A stretch of DNA of 49,403 bases, taken from NCBI GenBank assembly GCA_964016885.1, contig CAXHJY010001275.1, positions 1-49,403 of the forward strand, read 5' to 3'. Both the position numbers and the translations under genes were made by a program. A model generated the notes under the pieces. The model saw only the letters and a list, made by a program, of their open reading frames with translations, had not been told where the DNA came from and did no database searches. Positions 25,629 to 38,596 of this stretch are shown in pieces (the stretch's first letter is position 1; each line of letters starts with the position of its first letter). Origin of the DNA: Eledone cirrhosa. Its lineage: Eukaryota.

Positions 25629-25731
25629 TCTCTCTCTCTCTTTCTCAATCTTTTCCTGTCTTCCTATTATATATCGCTAACACATCTTATTCTCTCTCTA
25701 CCCATTTCTCTCTCTCATTATCTGTCTGTTT

Positions 25732-25800
<69 letters not shown>

Positions 25801-25957
25801 TCACACACGCGTGTACACACACACATACACACATACGTTACCATGTTTTTCTTCTCTCTATCTCACCATCTATTTCACTTATCCAACACACACACACACA
25901 CTCGCATACTGAAAGATACACACATACATAAACATACTAGAAACTCATCTCTCTCTT

Positions 25958-25989
<32 letters not shown>

Positions 25990-26445
25990 GCTTTCTCCAT
26001 CACACTCTTTCTCTAACCTATTTTCTACCAATTCTCTCTCACCCACACTCTCCCATATACTTTCTCAGTCTTTCACTCACCTTAATATCTCTCACCCTCT
26101 TTCGCCACTCATCTCTCCCCCCCTCTCTCTCTATCTCCCCCTATCTCTCTATCCCCCTTCTCACTCTCTCTCTGCCATCCAATCTCTTCCAATGTCTTTT
26201 TCCTCTTCATTGTGTTTTTCTCTCTTTCTCTTTCTCTTCCTCTTCCTTTCTCACCATTTCTGACATTCTTATCACTACAGCCCACCCAAGCCCACTTCTA
26301 AATAACCCTTCCCCCATCCATTTTTTATTGTTTTGCTGCCTTCTAACTTCACCCCCTTCTTTATCCTCACACCTTTCCCCGCACACTCTTTCTCAATCTC
26401 TCTCTCTTTCTATCTCATTATTTCTACATTTGTATATAGTTACGT

Positions 26446-26585
26446 ATAGAGTTACGGCCCTTGACATTCTGAGTTCAAATCCCGCCAAGGTTAACTTTGC
26501 CTTTCATCCTTACGGGGTCGATAAAATAAAGTACCAGTAATGCACTAGGTTATTGCTGGCCTTGTGCCTAACGTAGAAACAATTA
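26446..26585 (+). mobile_element. tRNA-derived SINE, 5'-truncated
   Basis: B box and core. Confidence 0.85.
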
Positions 26586-27020
26586 TTTCTACATTTGTAC
26601 CTGTCTCTCGTTCTTCTCTTCCTCTCCCCCTCTCTTATCATCCAAGTATGTACACTGTGCGCGGATCTCAGAAATCACAAAAGGTGTCATTACATTGACA
26701 TCACAGCATTCCTTCCGAAACCTATCTTTTCTCTCAGAACGCAATACCACCATGGAAAACAACCAGCAGCATCCCCAACACCACCACCACCGACACCATC
26801 ACCACCAGCACCAGTTTAATCGTAGGGCAGAGAATCCTTATAATAATATCTACACTCTACTTTTCTTATGTATAGAATACTAAGTTGCATAATGGTCTTA
26901 CTGGTATTACCTATAGTAACATCTCACATACATACATACATATATAGATGTAATCAGTCAGTCAAGGCGATCAGTCACACATGTTTACGTGGGAGACTAT
27001 TCATTAAATTTAAGATGAAT

Positions 27021-27210
27021 AATTGTTTCTACTTTTGGCACAAGGCCAGAAATTACCCAGTACATTACTGGTACTTTATTTTATCGAACCCGTAAGGATG
27101 AAAGCAAAGTTAACCTCGGCGGGATTTGAACTCAGAATGGCAAGGGCCGTAACTCTATGCGTCAAAGCATGGCGTCCGACCCTCTACCGATACTGCCAAT
27201 CCACCGCCCA
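27021..27210 (-). mobile_element. tRNA-derived SINE, full length
   Basis: Nearly identical to 3203-3384, with 5' end gggcggtggattggcag. Confidence 0.9.
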
Positions 27211-27476
27211 TTTAAGATGAATAATATCTCCAACAGTAATGCCACAACTACCAGTCATGTTGAATAACTGGATATTCTTCTAAACATATCCACTGAAGAC
27301 ACCTTTTATTCGAATTCGTAGAGATATCCGACTAAATACATAATTCTACAAACAGCATGGCCGGACACAATATATCAACAAAAACAGTTTATCGAACATA
27401 CATACATATATACATACACACATACATACACACATTCATACATACATAAATACATACATATATACATACATACATT

Positions 27477-28040
27477 AACAGACTAGATATAATGCTATGG
27501 GACAGGGAAAAGAAGGCATGCATAGTTGTGGAAGTTAGCTGCCCAGCAGATGCCAATATAATATCAAAGATTAGCGAAAAGGAGAATATATATATACAGA
27601 ACCAATGATAAATCTGCAGATACTCCATCCTGACTATACCTTCAGATTTATACCTGTGATTATTGGGGCACTGCAATATGTTAGTAACGGCCTCAATACA
27701 AATCTTGAGAAGCTAGGCTTCATAGAAACAGAAAGAACACGACTAGTTAGGAAATTACAAGTACAATCCATTAATGCAACAGTAAAAATATGTAAAATAT
27801 TCCAAAAATTCGGCATCTAATAACTACATACACACATGTGCAGCTACATGCACACATATAACTCAAAACATCCAAATCCACACTTACAATAACATCCATA
27901 TCTACACATGCATGCAGACATGCATACATAATCTACCTAGTTGATGTGTAAAATCCAATGAGAGAGTCTTGTATCTATGTTAGAAACCGACTCTCTCTCT
28001 ATAGGTAAAAATTTGTGAAATTATAAAACCAGAAGAACAT
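27477..28040 (+). mobile_element. 3' fragment of an R4/Dong-like non-LTR retrotransposon: restriction-like endonuclease domain plus 3' UTR, followed by an (ACT)n/(ACC)n tail
   Basis: NRLDIMLWDREKKACIVVEVSCPADANIISKISEKENIY, a frameshift in an AT run, then INLQILHPDYTFRFIPVIIGALQYV...; matches the RPD...(D/E)xxxP...KxxKY...PxxxGALG pattern of RLE domains. Confidence 0.75.
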
Positions 28041-28041
28041 G

Positions 28042-28090
<49 letters not shown>

Positions 28091-28168
28091 CACTACCACT
28101 ATTACTACTACCCCCACCCCCACCACCATCACTACTACTACCACCACCACCACCACCACTACCGCCAC

Positions 28169-28199
<31 letters not shown>

Positions 28200-28231
28200 A
28201 CCACCACCACCACCACCACCACCACCACTAT

Positions 28232-28271
<40 letters not shown>

Positions 28272-28366
28272 GCTACTACTACTACTACTACCACCACCAC
28301 CACCACCACCACCGCTATTACTAATACTACCACCACCACCACTACCACCACCACCACCACCACACC

Positions 28367-28398
<32 letters not shown>

Positions 28399-28484
28399 AA
28401 CTACCCCCATAGAAGTTAGTGTTCATTGAATGTCAAACATCAGGGCAAAATTGCTGTTTCTGAAATACACATTCGATACTGTTT

Positions 28485-28930
28485 CAGCAGAATCGGTAGA
28501 GCGTCAGACACCATGCTTTACAACTTAGAGTTATGGCCCTTTATGTTCTGAGTTTAAACTCCGCCAAGGTTAGCTTTGCCTTTCATCCTTACGGGGTCGA
28601 TAAAATAAAGCATATGTAATGTACTGGGGTCGATTTAATCGACTTTCCTCTCCCCTTCGAATTGCTGGTCTTTTGCCGAAAGTAGAAACCAATGTTATGA
28701 TTATTATTATTAAGGGTGGTGGATTGGCAGTTTCGGTAGAGTGTCGAACAACATGCTTTGTGGCATAGTGTTACGGCCCTTTACGTTCTGAGTTCAAATC
28801 CTGCCGAGGTTAGCTGTCTTTCATCCATACGGAGTCGATAAAATAAAATACCAGTAACGAACTGAGATCGATTGAAGCGACGTTCCCCTCCACCAAAATT
28901 GCTGGCCTTGTGCCTATTTAAGAAACCATT
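28485..28930 (+). mobile_element. Two tandem tRNA-derived SINEs (~28485-28690 and ~28715-28930)
   Basis: A box, B box and core in each copy. Confidence 0.85.
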
Positions 28931-29336
28931 ATTAGTGGAAGTAGTAGTAGTGTTCTGGGTTGCTGTTGTTCCTCTTGCAGTAGTAGTTGTTGTTGGTGTT
29001 TTTGCTGATGATGTTGTTGATGACGGAGTATTTTTGTTGGTGTCCTTTCATTTTATTCTCTTCCATCTTATTCCTTTAATAAAATCATGTGTCTACATAT
29101 GAGAATAAGCCGTAAAGGATGAAAATACGAAGTTTCATACATGTCTTAGTTAGATTGTTTTACAGTTGGAACAATCTATCAGAGCTGACGTCACTGTAAT
29201 TTCGTTAACAACTTATGCAAACACCGCCATGTTTGGCACTTTCACACGCCATGCGTGATAGCGAAGAAATTGCAGGTATGGATAAAGATTACACATATAA
29301 TAGATGTACACACACACACACACACGCGCGCGCGCG

Positions 29337-29407
<71 letters not shown>

Positions 29408-29411
29408 ACAC

Positions 29412-29461
<50 letters not shown>

Positions 29462-29529
29462 TCACAAATACAAGCATATATATGTATATGTGTGTATATA
29501 TATAATATATATATAATATATATATATAC

Positions 29530-29596
<67 letters not shown>

Positions 29597-30534
29597 TATA
29601 TATATATATATATGGAAGAAGCGAGAGAGAAAATATATAGACATGAGACAGATGAAATTACTCACTTAGCTGAGAGCAATAAAAAGGAGAGCATGGCTTG
29701 ATTATACTAATAGAAGCTATATATAATAATGAGATATATTATAAAAGCTATATATAGAAGCTATATATAATCACAAAATCTATATTTTTGTATCGACGAC
29801 ATAGCGAAATTGTAAATCCAAATCGACTCACTACATATGTAGATAGCAGTAAAAAATAAACAAAATGAAACAAATAAAATCATATACACATATACACGCA
29901 CACACACACATATATATGTATATATATATAATATATATAATATATGTAATATACATACATAAATAAATAACATCTTCACCAGATGTTCTTGGAAAACCAA
30001 GTTTATTTATTTATATTTCTTATTGATTCTATTTACCCAGTTTATTCATTTGTTTATTTATTTATCTTTCCATTATATTTATTATTATTTGCTTTCTTAT
30101 TTACTTATCAACGTTTTACCAGAGAATTTCCAGCGATCAACGGTTTCTTCACTTATTTCTCTATCTTTTTCACACCGAAGAGTGGTGAAGGAAAGGGAAG
30201 CAATCGCTAAAACACGCTTCTATCAAACTAATCAATCTGGTTTATCGTTTAATCAAGTTTTCTAACAGATTTCAATTCTCGGTGTTTTTCTGATAGAGGA
30301 TGCGACAGATTTAATAGTCAAGGAATTCCGACTCTTATCTGTGAACTTATATCTTTTGTTACTCTGATGGAAGCAATTTGCTATCACATACACACATACC
30401 CACTTATTCACAAAAACGCATACACACATACGTATAGAGTCATACATCTACTTACGTAGATACATACTTATGTACATGATTACATACAAATTTACGTACA
30501 TGAATACCTATATCAAATATGTACTTATATATAT

Positions 30535-30571
<37 letters not shown>

Positions 30572-30606
30572 ATTACAAATTAAATATAAATATATATATA
30601 TGTATA

Positions 30607-30694
<88 letters not shown>

Positions 30695-30742
30695 TGTATA
30701 TATATACATATATATAAATATATATATGTATATATATATACA

Positions 30743-30840
<98 letters not shown>

Positions 30841-31339
30841 TATACATACATATATATTTATATATATTTATATATATGTATATTTATATGTATATGTATA
30901 TGAGTATATATATATATGTGTGTGTGTGTGCGTGCGTACATGAATACATTTTCTTATTCGCATTTATGTGTATACACGTACACGTCACACACATGTATAT
31001 GTTTACATACTTCCATAAATACATAATACATACACACACAAACATACATACACACATACATGCATACATAAATACACACACATACCTACCTATATATATC
31101 AGAGAAAGAGGACAATAAATGAAGATACAAGAAGAGAACAAATAAGTAAAAACATACAAAATATAAAGAAATTTATAAATAAAAGAGAAGGAAAAAGAGA
31201 GAAATAAGGAAGGCAAAGGAGAGGTAAATTTTTTGTGAAATGTGTTAAAGATGGAAGTTGAATGTTCTGAATAAAGTTGTAGAGAAGCAGAAATGATGAG
31301 CTAATGATATAAAATACGAATTACATACATACATACAAA

Positions 31340-31429
<90 letters not shown>

Positions 31430-31690
31430 CATATATATAAATATATATATACATATATATGTATACATGCATACATACATATATACATACATACGCATGT
31501 GCATACATACATTCACACATACATGTAAACATTTATGCATACATACATATATATACAGGGATATGCACATAGTTATATACATACACACATACATACATAG
31601 ATGCTATATACAAACATACGTACACACATACACACATACATGCATATATACTTACATATATACATACATACTTACATACATAAATGCATG

Positions 31691-31760
<70 letters not shown>

Positions 31761-31851
31761 AACATACGTACATACTTATATATACATACATATATATACA
31801 TAAATACATCCATACATACATTCATACATGCATGCATATATGCATACATAC

Positions 31852-31892
<41 letters not shown>

Positions 31893-32465
31893 CATTCATA
31901 TGTAGATAGATACGGTCAAACATACATATAGATAGATACGGTCAAACATACATACATATATATGCACATATACATACTTATATATATACACACATATACA
32001 CACACGCGTACATACATAGAAGCATATGTACAAACATACATAAATACAAAAACACATGCATATATATAGACATATTCATACATATAAATACATACATATA
32101 TACATACATTCATACTTACATGTTTATATACATACATATACATACTTATATACATACACATATACATACTTATATACATACACATACGCACCTACATGCA
32201 TAGATGCATATATATAAACATACATATACACATACACACACATACATGCATATATACATACATACATTCATACACATAAATACATATATACACACATACA
32301 TACATGCATACATATATACTTACATACATATATACATTTATAGATTCACGCACATATTGAAACACACATACATACATGCATATATACATACATATATACA
32401 TACATGTATACATACATCCATACATAACATACATCCATCAATACATACATACGTACATACATACA

Positions 32466-32496
<31 letters not shown>

Positions 32497-32504
32497 TTAC
32501 ATAC

Positions 32505-32734
32505 GCAGCATCTAATAACTGCATATACACATGTACAGATACAAAGCATATTCACATGCACACATACAACTCAAAACATCCACATCCACACATACGATAA
32601 CATCCATATCTACACATGCATGCATACATATCTCCCGAGTTGATGTGTAAATTCCAATGAGAGAGTCTTGTGTCTATGTTAGAAACCGACTCTCTATTGG
32701 TAAAAATTTGTGAAATTATAAAACCAGAAGAACA

Positions 32735-32735
<1 letters not shown>
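32505..32735 (+). mobile_element. Second, shorter 3' end of the R4/Dong-like LINE with an (ACT)n tail
   Basis: Matches 27812-28040 (gcatctaataact...gttagaaaccgactctct...ataaaaccagaagaacat). Confidence 0.8.
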
Positions 32736-32794
<59 letters not shown>

Positions 32795-32835
32795 CACCAC
32801 CACCACCACCATCACTACTACTACCACCACCACCT

Positions 32836-32875
<40 letters not shown>

Positions 32876-32910
32876 ATACACACATACGTACATACATACA
32901 TACGTACACA

Positions 32911-33244
32911 CATGGTGGCTGCCAACTCGTTTTCGAGTACTGCCACTACTTTATATCCATGTAGGAGAACCCCTACCGATGCGCTGAACGAGTGTGACTT
33001 TTTAGTCCAGCCAGCGACTTGAAAACTCTGGTACAAACACTACACTTGTGACAATTATTGACACATAGTGCTGGACCCATGGTACCATGTGACGACAAAT
33101 GCAGAGAGATCTCCAGATATAAAGCAATGCCTGTGCCGTGAAGCTTTTATAGTGAGCAAAGGCACTGCACAAAGCCAGTCCCACTCTCTTAACTAGGATG
33201 ATATTTACCAAAAAGAAGAACAAGTTAACATCATTGGATACCAT
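32911..33244 (-). mobile_element. Non-coding retroposon copy, 3' part (same family as 8138-8730)
   Basis: Near identity to 8138-8450. Confidence 0.8.
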
Positions 33245-33736
33245 ACATACGTACACACACACATACATACATACAAACATACGTACGTACTCACATAATA
33301 CATATTTACATGCATTCATACATAGTAAGAATGAAGGAATAAGGAAATATATAGATAACGGAATAAATATTAACAAAGAAAAATTGAAAACTAGAATTAG
33401 AACACTTTATTGAAGTGGTAAATATTAAGGAAATGGCATTTTGGTGTAGCATCGTCTCATTACATCGTAGTGGTGGTTACAGTGGTGGGGGTGGTGGGGG
33501 TGGTGGTGGTGGTGGTGGTGGTGGTTATGGTGGTGGTGGTGGTGGTGGTGGTGGTTATGGTGTTGTTGGTGATGGTAGTGGTGGTGTTGGTGGTGGTGTT
33601 GGTGGTGGTAGTGGTGGTGGTGGTGGCACTTGTGGTGGTGGTGGTGGCAGTGGTGGTGGTTGTTACGGTGGTGGTGAAGGTGGTGGTGGGGTGATGGTGG
33701 TGTTGGTAGTGCTGGCGGTGTTGGTGGTAGTGGTGG

Positions 33737-33767
<31 letters not shown>

Positions 33768-34097
33768 GGTGATGGGGTGCTGATGATAATGATGATGAGG
33801 AGGAGCAGGAAGATGACGATGAGGAGAAGGATAATGAAGGATAATTCCTATTGTAAAATCTGCTTCGTAGAATCGAGACGTATCGGACGACCGCGCGATT
33901 TCAGAGTCAGGTATGATGACCATATCGATCGTGCCTCGAGCTGGTCACCCGACCGAGAAACATTTGTAATATGACCCAATAAATTCCATTCGTCGCAACA
34001 CTGATTCTCATTTTTCTGTGATATCATACTCTGCTCTACGAGGGCATTGAGTGCTCATACGGCCTACCGCATACAGGCGCTTTAAGCATCCAACACC

Positions 34098-34143
<46 letters not shown>

Positions 34144-34265
34144 GTCGGGATTAGGCAACACTTCATAGTAACTAGCGATTTCATCCCTGTAAGAAATCTT
34201 CAGACTGATACGGCATGAATAAAATGGCGATGTTAAAGAAGACCGTGCATTATTAAAGAAGACCA

Positions 34266-34370
34266 TAGAGTTACGGCCCTTTACGTTCTGAGTTCAAATC
34301 TGGGGTCGATTTAATCGATTTTCCTCTCCCCTTCAAATTGCTGGCCTTGTGCCTAAATTAGAAACAATTA
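34266..34370 (+). mobile_element. tRNA-derived SINE with an internal deletion
   Basis: gagttcaaat joined directly to ctggggtcgatttaatcg; central domain missing. Confidence 0.75.
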
Positions 34371-34669
34371 TTTTTAGTGTTAATTTCCTGTTTTTTTTTG
34401 TTTTTTTTTTAGGAGGGTGTGTGTGAAATATTTAAACCCTGTTAATACCAAACTATCTGAAACCGCCCTTGGTTCTGTTATACAAAACTATTTATTTTAA
34501 AGCGCTTATATTTATCGAAAAAATAACTTTTTCAATTTTATGTGAGTATCTTTATTAAGTTATGTTCCATATGCCATCTTAATAATAAGAAAGTTAGTTA
34601 TACTACTAAATCCCTTCAAATTCTTTTCAAAATTATTTAAAAATTATAATCACTGTCTTTCATTAGAAA

Positions 34670-35150
34670 TGCCTTTCATCCTTACGGGGTCGACAAAATA
34701 AAGTACCAGTCACGCACTGGGGTCGTTTTAATCGACTTTCCTTTCCTCCTAAATTACTGGCCTTGTGTCTATATAAGAAACCAGGTGGATTGGCAGTATC
34801 GGTAGAGGGTGGGACGCCATGCTTTCCAGCATAGTTACGTCCCTTTACGATCTGAGTTCAAATCCCGCCGAGGTTGACTTTGCCTTTCATCCTTACGGGG
34901 TCGATAAAAGAAAGTACCAGTAATGCACTGGGTATTTGCTGGCCTTGTGCCTAAATTAGAAACAATTATTATAGGGCGGTGGATTGGCAGTATCGGTAGA
35001 GGGTTGGACGCCATGGAGTTACGGCCCTTTACGGTCTGAGTTCAAATCCCGCCGAGGTTAACTTTGCCTTTCTTCCTTACGGGGACGATAGAATAAAGTA
35101 CCAGTAATGCACTGGGATAATTACTGGCCTTGTGCCTAAAGTGGAAACCG
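34670..35150 (+). mobile_element. Three head-to-tail tRNA-derived SINEs (~34670-34782, 34783-34968, 34973-35150)
   Basis: Repeated A box, B box and core. Confidence 0.85.
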
Positions 35151-35429
35151 TTATTATTAGTAGTAGTATTAGAGTGAAGAATCATTAAAACATCGGCCAA
35201 AATTCAGCACAGTGTTTTATCGATAGCTATTTAGAAACAATTATTGTTATTATTGTTGTTTTATTGTTCTTAATGTTGTTGTTGTTGTTGTTGCTGTTGT
35301 TTAATCCAGCACACCTACCATCGAATTAGTTCCATCCGTGACCATCCCGTTTTTTGTTTAAAGTAGAATGTATCTAACGGTGACAAACCGTATAACTTAT
35401 CGAAGCATAGTAAATATACATTAATGGTT

Positions 35430-35476
<47 letters not shown>

Positions 35477-36319
35477 AATGATAATGATGATGATGAAGAT
35501 GACGATGATGACTATATTATCCTGAATTCAAAGCACATTCACCATTGTTTTTTTCATTTCTGTGTGATTTGAGGGAGATTCAGCTACCATTTCTAGCAGG
35601 TCAACCGATTATGAAAGAACATTCTTTTGTTCCTTTAGAACCTTCTTGTTCTCGTTGCTTTGTTGTCATTGCAGTAATATTTTGTTGTTAGCCAATATCA
35701 AGATGGCGACGAAGTAGACAATTTCCGGCAATTTACAAGACTTCTTTCTTTTTATTCAAATGTGGTTTTTATACGATTAACTTAACCAATTGCCTGCAGT
35801 CAAAATGTCGTCCTTAAACAAATTTCCAGTTTAGTTTCTCATTTATATATCTAATTGTTTTAAACATATCTTTGTCTTACATGTGTGTGTATGTGCGCTT
35901 GTTTATGTGAGTTTGTATAGGGATATGTGTGTGTGGGAGAATGTGCATGCGTCTTTGAGTGAAACTGAGTGCTTATGTTGTAGTTAACAAAGGGGAGAAT
36001 TTATCTAATTAACTTCCGGTTCTATGGAAAGATGTCTTCCTATGATATTTTCTCTAAATATTTTTTGTTTTATTATTTCATGGTTTAAATTGTTCCTTTT
36101 AGATTCATCGCTTTTCGCTTTTTCATTTTATATGCACACACACAAACATACACACTCAAGTACATACATACATGTACACATACACATGTGCACACAAACA
36201 CACACACACAGACACACATATACATACGCACAGCCATTCAGAAACGTACTTGTAGGTATATAATCATATATACAATATATACAGATACAGGGTTTCACCC
36301 ATCTATCTTATTTCTCCTT

Positions 36320-36355
36320 TCTTCTGATGAAAGACTAGCGTCCGAAACGTTAAGA
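36320..36355 (+). ncRNA. Minimal type I HHR-like motif, partly degenerate
   Basis: UCUU-CUGAUGA-aa-GAC-uagc-GUC-c-GAAA-CG-UU-AAGA; stem II closing pair is mismatched. Confidence 0.55.
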
Positions 36356-36436
36356 CCCTCTTCCTACTATTTCAAGCATTAACCTAATATACTCCTTCCA
36401 TATACTCTACCGATTGTGTTGTTATTTCTGTTTACC

Positions 36437-36541
<105 letters not shown>

Positions 36542-36678
36542 TATATAAGGTAATGTTTTACCCAACGTCGCTTTAACGATATTTTGCTGTTTTAACAGCT
36601 TCCTTACGCCGAGTTTTTCCATTTTCCTATGAATTCTAATACACTCGCGTTTCAAAACTCGATATTCGAGTTAATTTT

Positions 36679-36812
<134 letters not shown>

Positions 36813-36967
36813 TGCGTGTATGTGTGTGTGTATGTGCGTGCATGTGTATGTATATCTATATATATATATCTATATATATATGAATATATATGTATATGAA
36901 AAATCTGGAACCCCGACGGCTGAGTTCCTGCCATTTCAACAGCTATAACCTAACTGCATCCATTCTG

Positions 36968-37007
<40 letters not shown>

Positions 37008-37449
37008 GTGTGAGTGTGTGATTGCTGTGAGGATGGTCATCGTGATCTGATAAAGGTCGTAGTGATAGTACTGGTGGTAGTGATGATGGTGATGGTGGTG
37101 GCGTTTGTGGTGTTATAATATGAAATAAAAGAAAGCAAATCAATAACTTCGTCGACAATAACAGTAGCACAGCTACTGCAACAAGGACAGCAACAGCAAT
37201 AACAAGATGCAGGAGTATGTTATTATTCTTGTTGTTTTTACTATTATTATCGGTACGTTTAATAGTAAATCAAATATGCTAGAATAGGTAAACTGCCAGA
37301 TTTTGACTCTCATTGAGCGAAGATTCTCTGGGGAGAGAACAGAGAGAAAGAGAAGGTGTGTGTGTGTGTGCGCGTGCGTGTGTGCGTGTGTGTGTGTGTG
37401 TGTGTGTGCGTGCGTGCGTGTGTGTGTGCGTGTGTGTGTGTGTGCGTGC

Positions 37450-37486
<37 letters not shown>

Positions 37487-37629
37487 TGTGTGTGAGAGAG
37501 AGAGAGAGATGAGTGAAACAAAGAAACAAACTACTAAATACCACATCATATAATAGACTCAATCATAAACTATTTTTTCTCTCTCTTTATACACATACAC
37601 ACACATATATATACACACTTGCCAACACT

Positions 37630-37684
<55 letters not shown>

Positions 37685-38089
37685 GAGAGTAAGTAAAAAC
37701 AAAAGTAAGAAAAAGAAAGAAAAACTGAGAGGGAAAAGAACGTTTAGATTGAATTATGAAATAGTCATGATATAAATTGGCCTGTTTTAGTTCAGATTCT
37801 TTAGCCTTAAGCGAATGAGAATTATATCTCCCCTTGGATACGGCACTAGTCTATCACAGAATATATTTCATCTGATGATCACCTGGCGGTAGTTAGTCCC
37901 ATGAGAGTGGAATCTTCGCCAGAATATGACACGAGTCCATCACGAGTCCATCACATCTGCAGATGATCTCGTGATACATCATACTCGCTAATAGGTAGGT
38001 AAACTAGCGTAACGTTTTAGGGACACCAGTACTTGGTTTGTTATTATTTTAACGACAACTGCCAATCAACTATCGCTTTGCAGCGTTTA

Positions 38090-38320
38090 GTTACGTTCTG
38101 AGTTCAAATCCCGCCGTGGTCAACGTTTCGTTTCATCTATTTGGAGTCGATAGTATCCTGTACCGATAACGTATTGAGGCTGATACAATCCATTTTATCT
38201 TCCGCCATAAAATGCTAAACTTGCGCCTAAAGTAGAAATCATTTTATCGACATCGAAAAACTTTCGAAGCGAAATTTGCCCCCACGGAATTAAACTCAGA
38301 ATTTCAAAGGAAGTAACTCA
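38090..38320. mobile_element. Old degenerate SINE remnants (+ then -)
   Basis: ttacgttctgagttcaaatcccgccg...tttcatc...gtcgata. Confidence 0.55.
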
Positions 38321-38474
38321 AATATCGCATTGCATTTAATCTGTTAGTTTACCACGCTTCTCACCAATTACTTTTCCATGATAAAATATCATTTATATGC
38401 GAAAATGAGAGGTTGATCTGCTAGAAATAGAACTCAAATTCTCTAAAATTACATTCGCAGGTTCCTCAGACACG

Positions 38475-38534
38475 TCTAGTGATTTCGGAGCAAATCCTCT
38501 TTCTTCAAAGAGGATTTGCTCCGAAATCACTAGA
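38475..38534. repeat. Perfect 28-bp hairpin (loop CTTC) upstream of the PLE
   Basis: tctagtgatttcggagcaaatcctcttt / aaagaggatttgctccgaaatcactaga. Confidence 0.9.
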
Positions 38535-38596
38535 TTTAAGGTTGAAAGCAGCGATTCTTTGCTTAAACTTTAATCTGTTATTTTAATAAATATATA

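Noticed and set aside
27021-27210. tRNA genes at SINE heads
   Set aside because: Only A/B boxes are present; no cloverleaf, and each continues into the SINE body
34160-34206. Minus-strand CTGAAGA...GAAA as an HHR
   Set aside because: Weak stems and a non-palindromic, poorly paired stem III; could be chance
37872-37930. CTGATGA as an HHR core
   Set aside because: No correctly placed GAAA or UH
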